Assembly (NCBI GenBank): GCA_002633005.1
Contig: NMRA01000019.1
Coordinates: 1,444,714-1,508,713, forward strand
From: Phoronis australis
Lineage: Eukaryota; Animalia; Phoronida
Reading direction: 5' to 3'
DNA: 64,000 bases
This document shows positions 37,414 to 51,718 of this stretch, piece by piece; position 1 is the stretch's first letter, and each line of letters opens with the position of its first letter. The position numbers and the translations under genes are program-made. The notes below the pieces were generated by a model that was given only the letters and a program-made list of their open reading frames with translations, had not been told where the DNA came from and did not search any database.

Positions 37414-40054
37414 GGACCAGCGTGCGATTTTTTATTTAAACTCGTTGCAGGAATTAGGAATCGGTCTCACTAGCTTGTAGCAGACGACGCTGACTGTTGT
37501 CACGTACACATGTAGCAGACGACACTGACTGTGGGTGTCTGATACCGTGTGTGCAAATTCAACTACATCAATAAAATGCTCATAGATTATCGAGGTCTTC
37601 ATTACAATGTATTTCTAAAGCTTATTTGTTTTCACCGTATTTTGTAGGAAAAACAATGAGTAGCTCGTTCAGTTGGCCAATAAAGACCGCTAAATACATT
37701 ATTTTCGCTAGTTCTTTACCAACTTAACAAACTAATTTTCACCACTTTTTATTGACATAAGAGCAAGAGTTACAGACAGGAATAGTGTTGTTGTCAGTGA
37801 TACATTCTTGGAGACTGTGATACTCTTGTTTAGAATTTATTTTACATTTCTGTGATAAGTAACACCAACGTACTGAGAAGAACCGTCTGAACTACAAAAA
37901 TACTTTCAAGTTCAAGGTGAGATCAATACATGTACTAGACGTTTTTTCAGAATTTCAATGGGGGAATAGCGTTCATTTGCAACACTTTAGACTAGGTACC
38001 ATAGCTGTTACTAGACGGCTTTGACCTATTATGGACCGTTATTGGCCACAGAAACGGCGTCGAGTATCTCAGCAAAGAACGTTTGCCGTCTCAGAAATTA
38101 TAGGTGCATAGATTGGGCCCTTTATCACAATAATTGTCTTTTAATTTTAATTTTAGTTTGACTTTGATGTCGTTCTGAATAAGTGCAAGATAAACGGTAA
38201 TTGCACTTTCCCAATTTCAACTCGAAACTATTTTTAGCTTTCCATAAAAGGAAGCCAATAATGTCAGGGATCTGACTGTATTTTCGGCGTGCACAAAGCC
38301 GGTTACGAGAGCGATTATTAGAGTGTGAGCCCTTCAAATTCATCTAGCATCCGTGGGATTTCAAAGAGTAATCATCCCGACCGGGCATAAGCTCCTCGGG
38401 CGATAATTTCTGACATAAGTAGCTCATTTTGCGCACTACTGGAGGTCGGTGTACATGTAGTTAGTCCGACTGAAATAAGTCTTGGTGTTTCAACATCCCC
38501 GGCAACGTTAGCTGTGTCATCGATTTACGCTCTCTTTTTGTGGTGAGGTGTATTGCACTTTTGTAACACAAGGATAGGCAGACTCTTATTATTGTGAACA
38601 GGCACCTTAAACAGTAACGGTGCTGTAATTAACCATATTCCATAATCAGAAAAGCACGTGCGTAATCGAATCCTGCCTTACTTTGTGATTGCATCAATTA
38701 GATTACACACCTTCGACACCAGGAATTTAGTGCGTTGCGCAGAGTGTATGAGCGAGTCTCCCAGAAATTAGTGAATCCTGCGCCAACTTGCACCGCAACA
38801 CTATTCAGCAATGCCTGCGAATGACGGGTAAGTATCATTTGGCATAAACTGTCAGAAGCATTTGACATGAATTAACTAATTAAATTGTCAGTACTGTTAA
38901 GCGTTTACAATGTAAGTTGTAAAGTTGCCACGAGGTTGCAAAAGGTAAATTTGGCACAAAGTATAGCGCTGTAAATGTGCCTTAAGGGGGAAGGATAGGG
39001 TGTAGAAACAGTTATCATTACCCATGTTCCTCCTTAAAATAACTTCACAATACAGCATTTTAAAAAAGAGTGAAACTTTAAGAAAACTATACGAAAAAGT
39101 GTTTTTACGAAAACACACTTTCTCATTTTTCGAATTGCCTATTTTTTCTTAAACCAAGTGTCAGTTTTCTCAGAAACTTCCTAATTGCAAGAACCAAACG
39201 GTGTTGTTTCATGTTTTTAAGATTTCATTTCGAGATTTTAAAAAACACGCACCTCAGTTGATAGTTTCACCGTGGTGGCAATACATTTAACAAATGAGTT
39301 TGTTTCTCAGCAATTAATCAAGTTAAATGAAATCATGCTAATTGAGATTCAATGCAAGTGAATTTCAATTAACATTTTTTATGATGTGGAAGTGAAACTA
39401 CGTTCACATAAAAAACCTTTGCAAAGATGAGTGTCAAGGATTATTTATTCGATTCACAATGTGAAGAAGTCATGTCATCATGTTTTAAACTTGTTCTGCC
39501 ACCGAGGCGAATTTCACTAACTTTAAACTTGATGGTACTTGCCATGTACTGCAGGCTGTTTTACGTTTACATATAAAGTGCTTATTATCCCTTCTAGTAC
39601 ATGTATCTGTGCTGTATGCACTGCACACGGTGGGCGCATATCAACGCTAGATGCTCTTGCCATTAACTTACATGTAGAGACCCCGAGTGTGTTCCGCTAA
39701 GACACGTCGGGGCAAGAACGCATTCACAAATTGTATGGTTAGTAATAACGTCTGTACAGTATATATCCAATAGGAGTCTCTGCAAGTGTAGTTCTGGACA
39801 CATTTCTATACGTTTTCGGGCAAGTTGTTTTCGATTTCTCTCATTTGACGACAACGGCGGTTCCGATCTAAATGTAGGATTGATTTTGTATTATGTATTT
39901 ATGTACATGTAGGCCTAGTTATGTTCTCTTCGTTTTGCCACTGAATATCGCGATTGCTATATACATGTATTAGAACATCTCTCTTCTCGAATAGTAAACA
40001 AAGGACCTGGTGTTGGCTAATATTGAAACATGAGAAATAAACACAGCAAAATGC

Positions 40055-40430
40055 AGGAACCCCAACTGGGAATCGAATCGGCAGGTTTCTAAACTGCCGG
40101 TCTAGTGCTTTGTACCACTGACCTATTGAGGAACCGATATCTGTGGAATTACTGTTTGCAGCCAACTGTTACATGTATGTCATTCATTCCATGAGCAGCA
40201 TTTCGCCTTCTTAAAACGATATTTGGACAAATATATAATTAGCAATTCAGCAGTAGCTGAAAACTGGACAAAATAAATATAGACGCTGACGCTGGGTAAT
40301 AGTGAAACATATCATCACAGAAAAATTAGGAACCCCATCTGGAAATCGAACCAAGAGCCTCCGGCCTAATGCTTTTACCACTGAGCTTTTCAGGAACCGA
40401 TGTCAGTGCCATTACTGTTTGCAGTCAAAC
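40055..40430 (-). repeat. Two diverged tRNA-derived repeat copies (~40055-40165 and ~40328-40430)
   Basis: Both read GGAACCCCA.CTGG.AATCGAA...TACCACTGA...AGGAACCGAT...ATTACTGTTTGCAG, with box A/B-like words on the minus strand. Confidence 0.55.
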
Positions 40431-40859
40431 GGCAACCTAGAGAACTCTGGTTCGATTCTTTTTTCTACCATAATGTCGATTTTGAAGTTAACTAGAAATA
40501 GTTAGTTCACACAGGTATACGATATTCTAAAATTTTAAAATAAGGTCCTATTATTCTTTTGCCCCATTGCAAATCCCTGAGTCAATCTGAATGGTTGTTC
40601 AGGACCCTGACAGATCGTGTTCAAGGGGAAAAATCGTGCCTGCTTAAATGATGTCTTATCTTTTTATTCAAATCAATTAATTATAAACAGTATAGTTATA
40701 AAGAACAAAAAAATCCCACACACACATGGACGCGTCAAGAGAAACACATCCCTCGGAGACGTACTTACACCAAACACTTTCTGAAATAAATGAGTTTCAA
40801 AAGGGACTTAAATTGAACATTTAATAAAGTATTGCTGTTCTGATGGTTAAAACATTTTT

Positions 40860-41145
40860 AAGTTGCCCAAAAGATCAAATCGGTTTTTCGTATTGGCATT
40901 AACCACGTGATTGCTTTGCAAATCGACTTAAATTCAAGATTTGACAAATTGAGAATTATAATTAAGACTTTCTGAGTGCTCCACTGAGGCTTCGGTCAAA
41001 AATTACAACTATCCAACAGCTTCTGTGTCTTCATCGTCACTCAGCTTCCGTTTTTTTTAATTAATTAATGTTCTTCGTTGTATATTGGGACAGACGACGG
41101 AATCGGAGTGGTAGTGCCGGCGCAGCGCCACTGTCGGTCGTCTGC
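40860..41145 (-). repeat. ~290-bp repeat, inverted copy of 45500-45775
   Basis: GCAGCGCCACTGTCGGTCG, TTCATCGTCACTCAG and TTGCCCAAAAGATCAAATC all occur as reverse complements at 45500-45775. Confidence 0.8.
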
Positions 41146-44100
41146 CATTGCACTCCCCTCCCCCCCATCTTCTCCATACGCATACTGGCACAAACTAAAA
41201 ATCCAAACGTCGTCAAATCTTGTCACAGTCGTATAATGCTGATTACCGGTGTTATAATGAACTCAATATTTCCTCACGCATTTTAACCTTTTCTTTTTGC
41301 GGCCGCAAAGGGGTCGGGACTGGGCCCTCTTAAATCCGCATATATCATATGATCTAAACTCACAACATTACCACCACGATGGAAAAATCAATATTTTCAT
41401 TTTTTAAACCGTAGCCTGTAAAATAACTTTTGCTTCTGATCTCCAAATTACAGTTACATGTAAACCACGCTTGTCTAAAAAGTCTAGTCTTGTTAATATC
41501 ATGACAAGGGAACTCGTAACACTGATCTTGAATAATGGGAAATACATGAAATATTGCGATAAATGAACGGCTTTTATTAATTTAGCCGAACGCTGCAAAA
41601 TCTTGAAAATTTGACGTAGTTGCTTGTTGCAGCAATAGGGCAAATATCGGTAGCTCGTCCAAAAATCCTCATCGTCCGTCTACAGCTCCAAAGGAAGACA
41701 CACTGACTTTCGAGAAGATGCTGGAAGGGGTTTGGGGAAATGCAGGAACGGAAGCCGGACACCCTGTCAGATATGTGAGCAACATGCACCAACATAAGCA
41801 AATTCTATAGGCGTACATGTACAAACATGTGTTGTTGGCCGTAAAACCGATTACGTACTTGGATTGAAACAATTATTGGTCATCTTGGATGAAACAAAGT
41901 GTTGTCGAACATCACGAAGCCTACTTTTTCAGTTGTCTCGACAGTATTTGATTTCTCTGTATTTTAACGAGCTATTTTCACATATTTTTGGTTTAAAAAT
42001 CAAAATATTGTCGATTCTTATCTGAATTTTGTATGAAAATAAATGTTGTGATACGGCATTTTTAGCTGTACATTCTTGAAGTTATTTGTTAGAGCTGAGG
42101 TAGCGGGATATTATTTACAGCTCCCTCCACTGGTCTCTGAATGTAATCACTCCATGTGGAGCTGTCCAATTCTCAAAACAACAACACTTGCGTTTGTTCA
42201 CCTCATTTTGTTCTTATACATGGGAGTGTCGGTAAGTTGTCAGTCGCTTTTTTGAGGCGCATGTTTCAACACGAGTCGGGCCCAGGTACAGACCAGAACC
42301 AATAATATTGTTTTCTTCCACATACAAAAACTCAGTGCAATGAAGCAACCGTCGTGATGAGGGCGGGATACACAACTGGGTTGTTTTGACTTCTTTAAAG
42401 TGCCTTTTGGTATTTAGACTTATTACGATAACAAATGTTTATTTACATTATTCAAGCCAACATAATTACAACGTATTACCCGAACCTGCAAAGTATTACG
42501 GTAACTCCAAAAACTAAACGCTGTATCCAAGCTAATAGAAACCCTCTCAAGCGGACAAACCATCTGCTTGTTGTAACCTGTTTACAATAACTTTCAAAAT
42601 ACAGTGTATTCTGACCAAGCTTCAATTCGACAGACCTCGTCCAGACTTTGACAAGGGTGAACGATATTCTAAAATTACATGACGATTTATTTAAACATAT
42701 ATGGCAATACAATGACATTTTTATCGAACTGGATCTACTGCACGTTATTGCGCCCCATCGCTAATTACCAATCTCAAAAGTATTTGCGAGGCATTCTGTC
42801 CCGATTTCGCGGTGTTAAACCTGTTGAGGTTTTGTGGAGAATTTGACTGGATTGAGACATATTTTAGTTGGATAGAAATAGATATTTAGTCGCGTTTTTG
42901 TGCGACCACTTACTGTTTCAGTTATATAAATCTAGAATTGGCTTTGAATCCCATTTGATTTTCATTTTAAAACTGTTCCAAACTCAGCTGCCCGAAACTG
43001 CACCTATACGAAAAGCTTGAGTTTTGCTCGTGCGATTACGATTCTAGCACTGTATTATCAATTAATAGCAGTTATGTACAGAAAAGGCTATTGTAAACAT
43101 TGAATGTTGCCAGTGACCGTGCGTATATATCTCACAATATGCAAAGAAAACAAGTGTGGTGTACTTTTTAACTGCAGTCAAACCTGATGCTTTTAAGGTG
43201 ACATTTTTGGCGAGAAAAGACATTTTCTGGTTTTGTGCGAACATCCCCATCCCCATGACGGACCCTAACGGGAAGACTCGAGGGGACAGACAAACGTTCT
43301 GCTGCTGACATGGTTAAATTTCGCTCCAAGAATATCAGTTTAATTAAGTCCGCTTAACTTGTTAAAGCACAGGCCTTGCGAATATCTTCCAGATAACGGC
43401 GAAGATTGTAGATAGGTTTCTAGTTTTATAGCTCTGCTCAAAGCCGAAAAGACGATAACGTCCCTTTAAATTAACATTTCGAACGCTGAGAAGAACGCAA
43501 CTAAAGCTTCAAAATGCTGGTTTTGATCAAAGCGCAACAGAAGTTTTGAAATGCACCTCAGAGTAGAATCAGCTTCATGTAGTTCAAGTGTCCCATTAAG
43601 GTTGAGGAATCCATTAAGATAACATTTGGCATTACGTCCACGAGTCAAAGCTCCCACTCTTCAATGGCTAACAAACTGATTGCTCAATGTGCCCTATTAC
43701 TGAAAATACCCGGTAAACAACACCACATTACATTATTCTTATGTTTACCTGTTCCGCATACGTTGGTTACAACGCAGTTCAATCGTGGAGGGGTTACCTT
43801 AATTTTCAGTAAGGGCTGCTGGCCAACCCTGAAGCATTTCATGTTTGAAAACTTGCAAAGTTTTTAAGCAGCGCTTTAAACCTTTGGTAAAACACGGAGT
43901 TTTATGGTCACGAGGTGGCGCTGTATCCTGCCTTTTAGCTATTTATGGGCTCAGGAATTTAAAAGGTGCAACTATTTCCATATGGCTACCTCCATATATT
44001 GTGGGTATATACTACATGCACATCGATACAGTAAGTTCTTCTGCTTAGATTTGGCATTTCTTGCAAATAAAGTTGAGCAGAAATCAGTGACTGCATGGAG

Positions 44101-44960
44101 ACTAACCTTCTTGAGAGGACAAGACATCAGTGTCAAATGTAGCATCGCACAGACGTAGGGCGAGAAAGTAACATAACAGAAATTAAAATGAAGTGCGTTG
44201 CTTCCAAGTGAATGACGAATGATACTTTCAGTTCCAGACTCTTGACAGCACTCGTTATTTAGAGGCACAGTTGAATTGAATTTATCTTCCCAATAGTGGT
44301 TGCGTGTGTCTGTTCCCACTGAAGCGTGCAATTGTGAAAATACTTGTGTAAAAATGTCTTTTCGGGACTGCAAAAGCCATTGTTGAAGCGGGACTGTTAT
44401 TGTATCAGACTAGAACACTAAACAGGTGCTTCATAACGGTATTAGTTTCAGTTGTGCGTGTGCCACACTTCATAGGGACACAACACACTAAACATCTATA
44501 CATGTACATACCGCCATTTAGGAAGTATTTTGATTTCTGTTCGATATAATTAAGCTAGTATTTTACATTTAACAAAGTTCACACAACTTACGCTGGGAAC
44601 CTCCGCTTTGCTGGAGAGAAACGAGGAAAAGAAAACGAAAAATCGTATCTCTCGATTGGGAATTGATGATGTTTTACATGTATTTACATGTTTATAGATC
44701 AGCAAAGGCCAGGTTTAATTGATTGACCTGGAGAGCGACGCATTTGGTTAGAAATGCTAACGATTCAAGTTTATTGAACCCCAAAGCCTGTTGCCGGCCG
44801 ATATCACAAAACATCAAGGTGGCTTTACTACATTTTTGCGTTCAAATACTTTGATGGAGTCTCGTGACTTTTTTACAAGTTTTTCTGTGGAATATGTCTT
44901 TACCCAACTCATCATGGAATCCGTATACTACTGAACCTGGAACAGAGGAATAACGGCGAT

Positions 44961-47900
44961 GGGGCTATTTCGAAAATTTACATTGACTAGAGGGCGCGCG
45001 TGTACTAGTGGTGATAGACTAACAGCCTCGATTTCGCGAGCCCTTTTAATACATGGTGAAATGGCCTGTACCGGTGCCAACTGAATCTGAGGTTGCGTGA
45101 AAAGGGTGCTTCTATGAGAGGAAGTAAGCATGACCTTAAACAAAGGTAAGGTTTGTGAATATATTAACGATTATTCCATGTTTATTCTACTGATGACGGT
45201 TAACTTCGCAGCAGTCGCCAGTCGGGTTAACCTTTGTTTTGATGTGTGTTATGATACTTGACGTAGCAGGTCTCCCCCCCCCCCCTTGGCTGCCGCAAAA
45301 AATAAAACTGCACAGAACGTAGGGAAATGTTGAGTTTAACCCTGGTAATTAGCATAAGACGGCACAAACAAGATTTAAATGTGTACAGTTTTAGTGTGTT
45401 TGGGGGGGGGGGGTGGCCTCAGATCAAGTGTCAAATTCGGAACACGAACGGCTCAGTCGTAACGAAACTATGGCTAAGTATAGGCTCTCCCGCGATATCA
45501 CAGCGACCGACAGTGGCGCTGCGCACTACGACTCCGTTTCCGTCGTCTGCGTCACTGTGCAATGGAGAAAATTACTTCATTTTTAAAGAAAATGGAATCT
45601 GAGTGACGATGAAAAAACAGAAGCTGTTGGTAAGATGTGAATTTTAATCGAAGCCTTAGCGAATCACTCAGAAACTTATAATTCTCTCTGTCAAACCTTA
45701 ACTTAAGACGATTTCGAAAGCAATCGCGTCATTAATGCCAACACAAAAACGGATTTGATCTTTTGGGCAATTGAAGACTATTTTAAATTCAACAATATTG
45801 TTACGAACTGATTGCACAAAATATAAAAAGTGTAATAAGCATTACAAAAAGAAGTAGGTTTCGCGCGCAAACGCTGTGGACTATAAACAATTAGGCCTAG
45901 GTCTCTTATCAAATTACGAGTGTAATCGTGGTGGTCCAGTGGTAAAGCACGCGCGCTCTATCCCCCAGGTCGTGAGTTCTAGTCTGTGATAATAGCGGTT
46001 TTTCATGTTTGACACGTTCTCTGTTTTTTTTTTCTTTTTCTTTGCCTTTTTTTCTTGGATAATACTTCAGGAATCAAGGAAAATGCTTGATTTTTAGAGG
46101 AAAAAACAGAAAAAAAATCCTGAGCGGGAGGGGACGAACACCCCTCCCGACCACCCCCCATTCGGTGCTATACGCATTTAATCGTGTTTTGTACAAATGT
46201 TTTAAGACAAAATGTTGTCCCCCATTTTATAATATCCTAGATCCGCCACTGCACTTTTGTCTGTGACAGTTACATTAATGAATACTGAATGTTTATGCGT
46301 AAACTCGATATTGGTTTGTGAGATAAGATTACAATCCAAGCAGGACCTGAACAAACACCGTTTACCGTTTTTTTTTTTGGTCAGAAGTTCCGCAAACCTT
46401 CGAAACCCTTGCATCTTTTAGGCTGGGCGCGCGCATATGCCGAAATTCTGGTTATTTCTGTACCCTGCCCCCCAACTCAAAATTCTGGATCCGAAACTGT
46501 TCAGGGTCAATATTTGGGCAAAAAACGAGGCAAGTGATGTGCTGTTGTGTTTACCTTCAAGTCTCTAATTGTGGGTGTTATTGAGGCTTAATGAGGTTAC
46601 ATGAAGGAAAGCCACGTGCCGAAACTGGACCTTTTTACATGCGCTTCTACAGGCAATTGAAATTAGATCCCTGTGAAATGAAAACCAAAAGCATCTGGTA
46701 AAAATACCTGTCCTTTCTCACTGAATGACATTAACTTTTCCTTTCAGAAGAAAGGCTTTATACTAAAGGTAAAAACTTTTCAATCAGGTACACATTATGG
46801 GGAAATGACATTCAGTGACTGCATAGATTGTCTTATTGTCAGTAGAAAGCCCGTTAATGTTACACTTTGATGATCGAATAAATTTGTCATCAACAGGCAA
46901 GTTTTGTCGCTAGTTATTGAAACCACAGTATTTCCTCAGTTTTAAAGCCCGATACAGTGCAGTTGTGGTTATTCTTTATAAAGCTGAAAGGTCTACCGAT
47001 TACGCTTGTGAACTGTAATTTTCCTGTTGACCTCTAGAAATGTGCAGCGATCAAAATGAAGTATTCCCTTTGTTTGCATTTGATTTGTTTGTGTGCGTAA
47101 TTATTTTTAGAGCTTTCTTAAGAAGGCCGTTGAACAATTTTAAGTTTTATGTTCACTTGTCCACAGCAAAAGTTCCACATGCAAGAAAAGTATGTTTTCA
47201 ATTGTAGCTAGCTGGATAAGAATCTGCTATGCACAAGATTCGAAAATAAACAATTATAAGTGTATTTAAAAAAATAAAATGGCAAACTGAACAACCACAT
47301 ACAAACACGTACAAAGAAACAACATTGTTAAAAACAATTGTAATTTTCCCATGCAACGGAGTCCATAATCCGGCATATCAAGGCCTGAATTTCTGAATTA
47401 CGTTCAATTCTCTCAGGTTATGGCTGATTGCTTTTCACTTTGTACATAGGTAAATAGACGGTCAGGCAGCTGGTTTCAGCTGTAACACAATAGTCAGAGA
47501 AATATTAGCAAATTATAAACGAAAACACAAAGAGAAAACTACTTTAGTAAGACAGAACCTACTTGACGTTTCATCTTCATGTTTATATGTAGAAACTAAT
47601 AATGTTTGTACCCAAGTCTTATTTAAATCTGAATTAAAATAGGTGAAACAGGATAAAAGTGATTTAACAATGTATATTTTTCACGAAACCTAAAATGTGC
47701 TCCTGACCTCAACAAGTAAAATTCCTTCTAAGTGTCAATTTTTATTTCAATGCAGTGTTACAACGTTTACTGAAAAGCTTATTCTTGCTTCAATTCGGTA
47801 ACTAATCTGGTAGTCCTGGGGGTGGGGTCCGTTATAAAATACGAAAACTCACTCATCTAGAGAATTTTATAAATTATTGGACATAGCATAGCTTTGAAGA

Positions 47901-48429
47901 GAAGCTGCTGTGAAAAAGTGACGCTTGACTTCTGAGCGTCACGCACCATACACCTCTTTGGGCGCACTCCCACCCAGGACAATGAGTTAATATGTGATGC
48001 TAGCCTACCCGGCATCCGAGTTCCGGGTGAGTTTCCGAAAAGAAACACTTAATTCCATTCAATAAACCCGTTATTCTGTTGGGAAACTGGTGGGGATAAC
48101 ATTCACCGAACGATGACAATAGAAACTAAGATTGCTAAAAACTTACCAAGTAACGTTATGTAGTCTCCCAATGGGGCTTCGGCATCCGCACACTTTTTCT
48201 CAGTTGGTGGACCCTTTTGACCGTAATTTTCCACGAGTGTAGTAAGCTTAGGTCTTTTGGGAATTTGTGCCCACCTGTCGAAGACTTGCAATTATAAGGC
48301 TTAGCGCGACGACGTATTTTGATAATCCGTCTTTTTACCAGCTGTTTACATGCAGACAGCGACGCATGCGCAATTCAATCACCACTAGTACAGCAGCGAC
48401 ACCGCTAGGAGAATTCTCCGAATAGCCCC
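44961..48429 (-). mobile_element. ISL2EU-like transposon copy 2, inverted, with nested insertions
   Basis: AT|GGGGCTATTTCGAAA ... TCCGAATAGCCCC|AT. 46560-48429 mirrors 17500-19000 and 44961-45265 mirrors 20325-20669. ORFs 17656-17928 and 48103-48291 are homologous. Confidence 0.85.
46839..47189 (+). mobile_element. ~350-bp nested insertion with a Tc1/pogo-like end
   Basis: Absent from copy 1, where GAAAACATAC|AATAAGACAATC is contiguous at about 18725-18745. Begins CAGTAGAAAGCCCGTTAATG. Confidence 0.6.
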
Positions 48430-51400
48430 ATTAACCGTCAGCCCTCTATGGAAGGCCGATTAAGAATATGTAGGGTTTTGGTAAGAACAAAATTAACAAT
48501 TGAGAAGTCAATATCATCTTACTTTTCAATTTTAATGTTTCTTACAACAATGAAGACCAGTGTGTGGATGAATCTTTATCTTCATTTCTACTTAACATGG
48601 CAATTAATCGGCACCAGGCCTGTTAACGCTAGAAACGAACGATTTCCGAGACCGCCTCAACCACATAGAAATTTCAGTTTCCTACTTATCAAAATCCAAA
48701 GGTTGCGGAGCTGTTACTCAAACTGCATCTTCCGCAAAGCCAAAGAATACCTCAATGCACCCCCAGTCATTTCATTCACAGAGTCGCCATAATACTGAGT
48801 CAACGAGGTGTACAAAGTATACAAAGCTGCCACAGAACAAAAGACAAAGTCGCGTGCATGCGTGCAGACGACAGTTGAGAACAATGCCAGAATCCGAGTC
48901 GCCGTGACGGTCTGTGACTGCGTTCACGAACACAGCAATTTGTAAACATGATATAATTATCCTCACACAAATTCATTAATTTCACCAGTAATTGATATTT
49001 TGCTGTTTCCATCTCATGCTCCCGGACGCGTGCTTTAACTACCGTTCCGATTTGTATTATCCATTGTGTAGTTGATTTCTTGACACCACCGTCTCTGTCC
49101 CCCACCGTGGTGTGCATACAATGAACCGCTGACCTACAAACTGATGACTCCGCCTTTGACAAAGTTTGACTCGAGAAACATGAAATCCCACGTTTTATTG
49201 ATAAATAAAACAATTACGTACTACAAATCTAGTTGCCAATGCTAATGAACGTTGGAATACCCAACATGGTTAACGCCGGTATACGTAGCCTATATTGACC
49301 AAAAACGAGTATTCACCGCATAATGAAGCGAAAAGCGTCAGGACTCAAGGAGTTTTCCACTATTTCTCGGTTTCGTCAAATTGACTTGATCTGAACTTAA
49401 GAACACGTGTTCTCGGAAACGTTTCGGTCCAATAAATTGAAACTCAAAAGCGCTCTTAGATTTTTTAAAGTAATTTTATTGTACTGCGACCATAGACCAT
49501 AGCGACCTCTGTATTTAACAAGTTGCCTTGCGTTTTGTGAGTTAATTTGTCGTAGGAACCAAACTAAAGGAGTAATCGAAAAAACTAAATCGGTATTTTG
49601 CGAAATATCGGCAACTTTTCTTTCAAGGATGTTTCATTATAGCTAACTAAAGGGTATTCATAGTATGAGTATATCTTTGCTAGAAATGGAAATTTGGCAT
49701 AAAGCGGGTGGCAACGTTAAAATATCAAAGACTTAAGTATAAACAGTATTTGTGTAAATCATTATATTTTTTCTTTTAGAAAACGTATGCTTTTACTAGC
49801 TATATGACACAGCCTAGTTTTTCTATTGATCAATTTTGAAATTGAATTAACATTTCCCAAAAATGTCCTACATAACCTTAAATATACACATTTTATCAAA
49901 ATGCCGCTCTTCATACTGGATTTGCCAACATTTCCGTAGTTTAACAATTAACTTATAGCAGGTAAATCACGTCGTGCATGCGCACTCTACCTACAATGCA
50001 CGCTAAGACCTGCCACGTGTTTGCTGGGTCCTAAGTGTACGGGATACGGCTAAGGGAAAGTTGAATGGATTTAATTTGTATATTATTACATTGGGTCATG
50101 GTTTGTAAAAGTTCATTGTTGTAGATTTCTGAATCGCTTTACTACACGGCATAGCTCTGTAATTTTTGGCTGCGAATAGCAGCTACCCGTGTGAAGTAAT
50201 AGCAGTATTCACTGGTAAAACACTGTTGTGGTTTGATAGGAGTCATCTGCCTGTAAATCGCGAACATATTCATTCGCTTAGTTACTACATAACATAACAC
50301 CATACAGTACAAACATGTACTTCAGTTATCGTCGACAATATAAAATTAGCTTTTCGGAGAATCTCAAACTCCATTGGGTGCAGCTGTCGCCACCTCAAAT
50401 GAGGCCGAAGAACAGTGCTGTCGGCAACATTTTTTCCATCCAGCAGTCACTGACGTTTTCATCTACAGCGGCCGGTGAAAATCGTCCATTGACAAACAGC
50501 TTAAAAGCTTTAGGTTTCATAAACACGATGAGAATGGGAGTATACAACTGCTTACGTAACCAAATTGTACCCCTAACCTGACGCTGAGGGCCACTGTATT
50601 ATCTCCTACACACAGGTTTATGTCTTTCCCTCCCATTTCGTCCACCGTCACGGACGCCGTGATTTTTACATTTTACGCGGGATTCCGCGTGGTATTGGGA
50701 CTAACTTGGAGGAAATGGATGATTCCTAAGGAGTTACATACTACATAGAAAGTGTGTCATATCGGCCACTGAAGGTGTGTATAAATGTTTGATTTTTTGA
50801 TACTTTCAGAGCAGTTACCTAGTTTTAGTAAAGGATTGGAATTTCACAATAAAAATATGCCGATTGGCGCTTAGGCAGGCGCAGGTTTTAATCAAAGTCC
50901 TGCTGAATTTGCACACGGTTTCGACCTGTGGCCTTGATTGCTGACGATCGTTTTGTCCTTGGGGCCGCTTCGCGTGCGCATGTATTTGATAGACTTAACC
51001 GTACTGTTATGTCCCTGTATTCTCTGAAACATAAAAGTATTTATTTAGATCACTTACACGGTAGGAAAATCAGTATTTATTTCGAGTTCCTTCCCAGAGT
51101 CTTGGGTGAATGTTTGTAGTTAACAGCTTTGCAGCCGGCAGTGGAATACTCGGTGTACCTCAGACTCGGAGGAATACTCTACCTTCAGCTATGCATCCTT
51201 TTCAAGAATTCGACACTGTTAACTCTCTTTTATTTTAGTCGTGATTTCGCCAAAACAATTTTTAATGCCAATAATTGTACACCTATGTTTCAAACTGAAA
51301 GGTCACTTCAAATGAGGATAACAATGAAACATCGTACGATTGCTTTTTAGTGTATGTAAAGTACTGCTGTTAAGTTACATTAAGGCGGTTGCCTGGCTGG

Positions 51401-51559
51401 TAAGATTAAAGGCTCGTTTCCTGGTCCTGGGCCTCTATGTATAATAACGCATTAGCCCTCTGTGAGGAATCAGTTATGCAGTAGCGTACAGTTATTAGGT
51501 GATGCCCGAGACGAATTTTTATTGGATATCCTCTCTTTAATCTTATGCATAGACCCTAG

Positions 51560-51718
51560 CAGCGTTCGAAATACACGCCGGGCCGGTGGCCCGGGGCCAT
51601 TGGATTTGCAGCCAGGCTAAGAAACTTTCACACGTAGGCCCTAAGTGGATGGGATCTCACATTTAAGTAACTGGCCCGGCGGGCCAGCACATTAATTTGC
51701 TGAAGGTCGAACACTCGG
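51560..51718. mobile_element. hAT-type MITE with 8-bp TSD GACCCTAG
   Basis: GACCCTAG at 51552-51559 and 51719-51726. Ends CAGCGTTCGAA ... TCGAACACTCGG; interior GGGCCGG/GGCCCGG motifs. Confidence 0.75.

Noticed and set aside
37476-37533. Short tandem duplication (TGTAGCAGACGAC.CTGACTGT twice); similar case at 56117-56183
   Set aside because: Ordinary slippage-type duplications with no further structure.
43466-44373. Minus-strand ORFs of 63 and 133 aa
   Set aside because: No recognisable motif or consistent exon chain.
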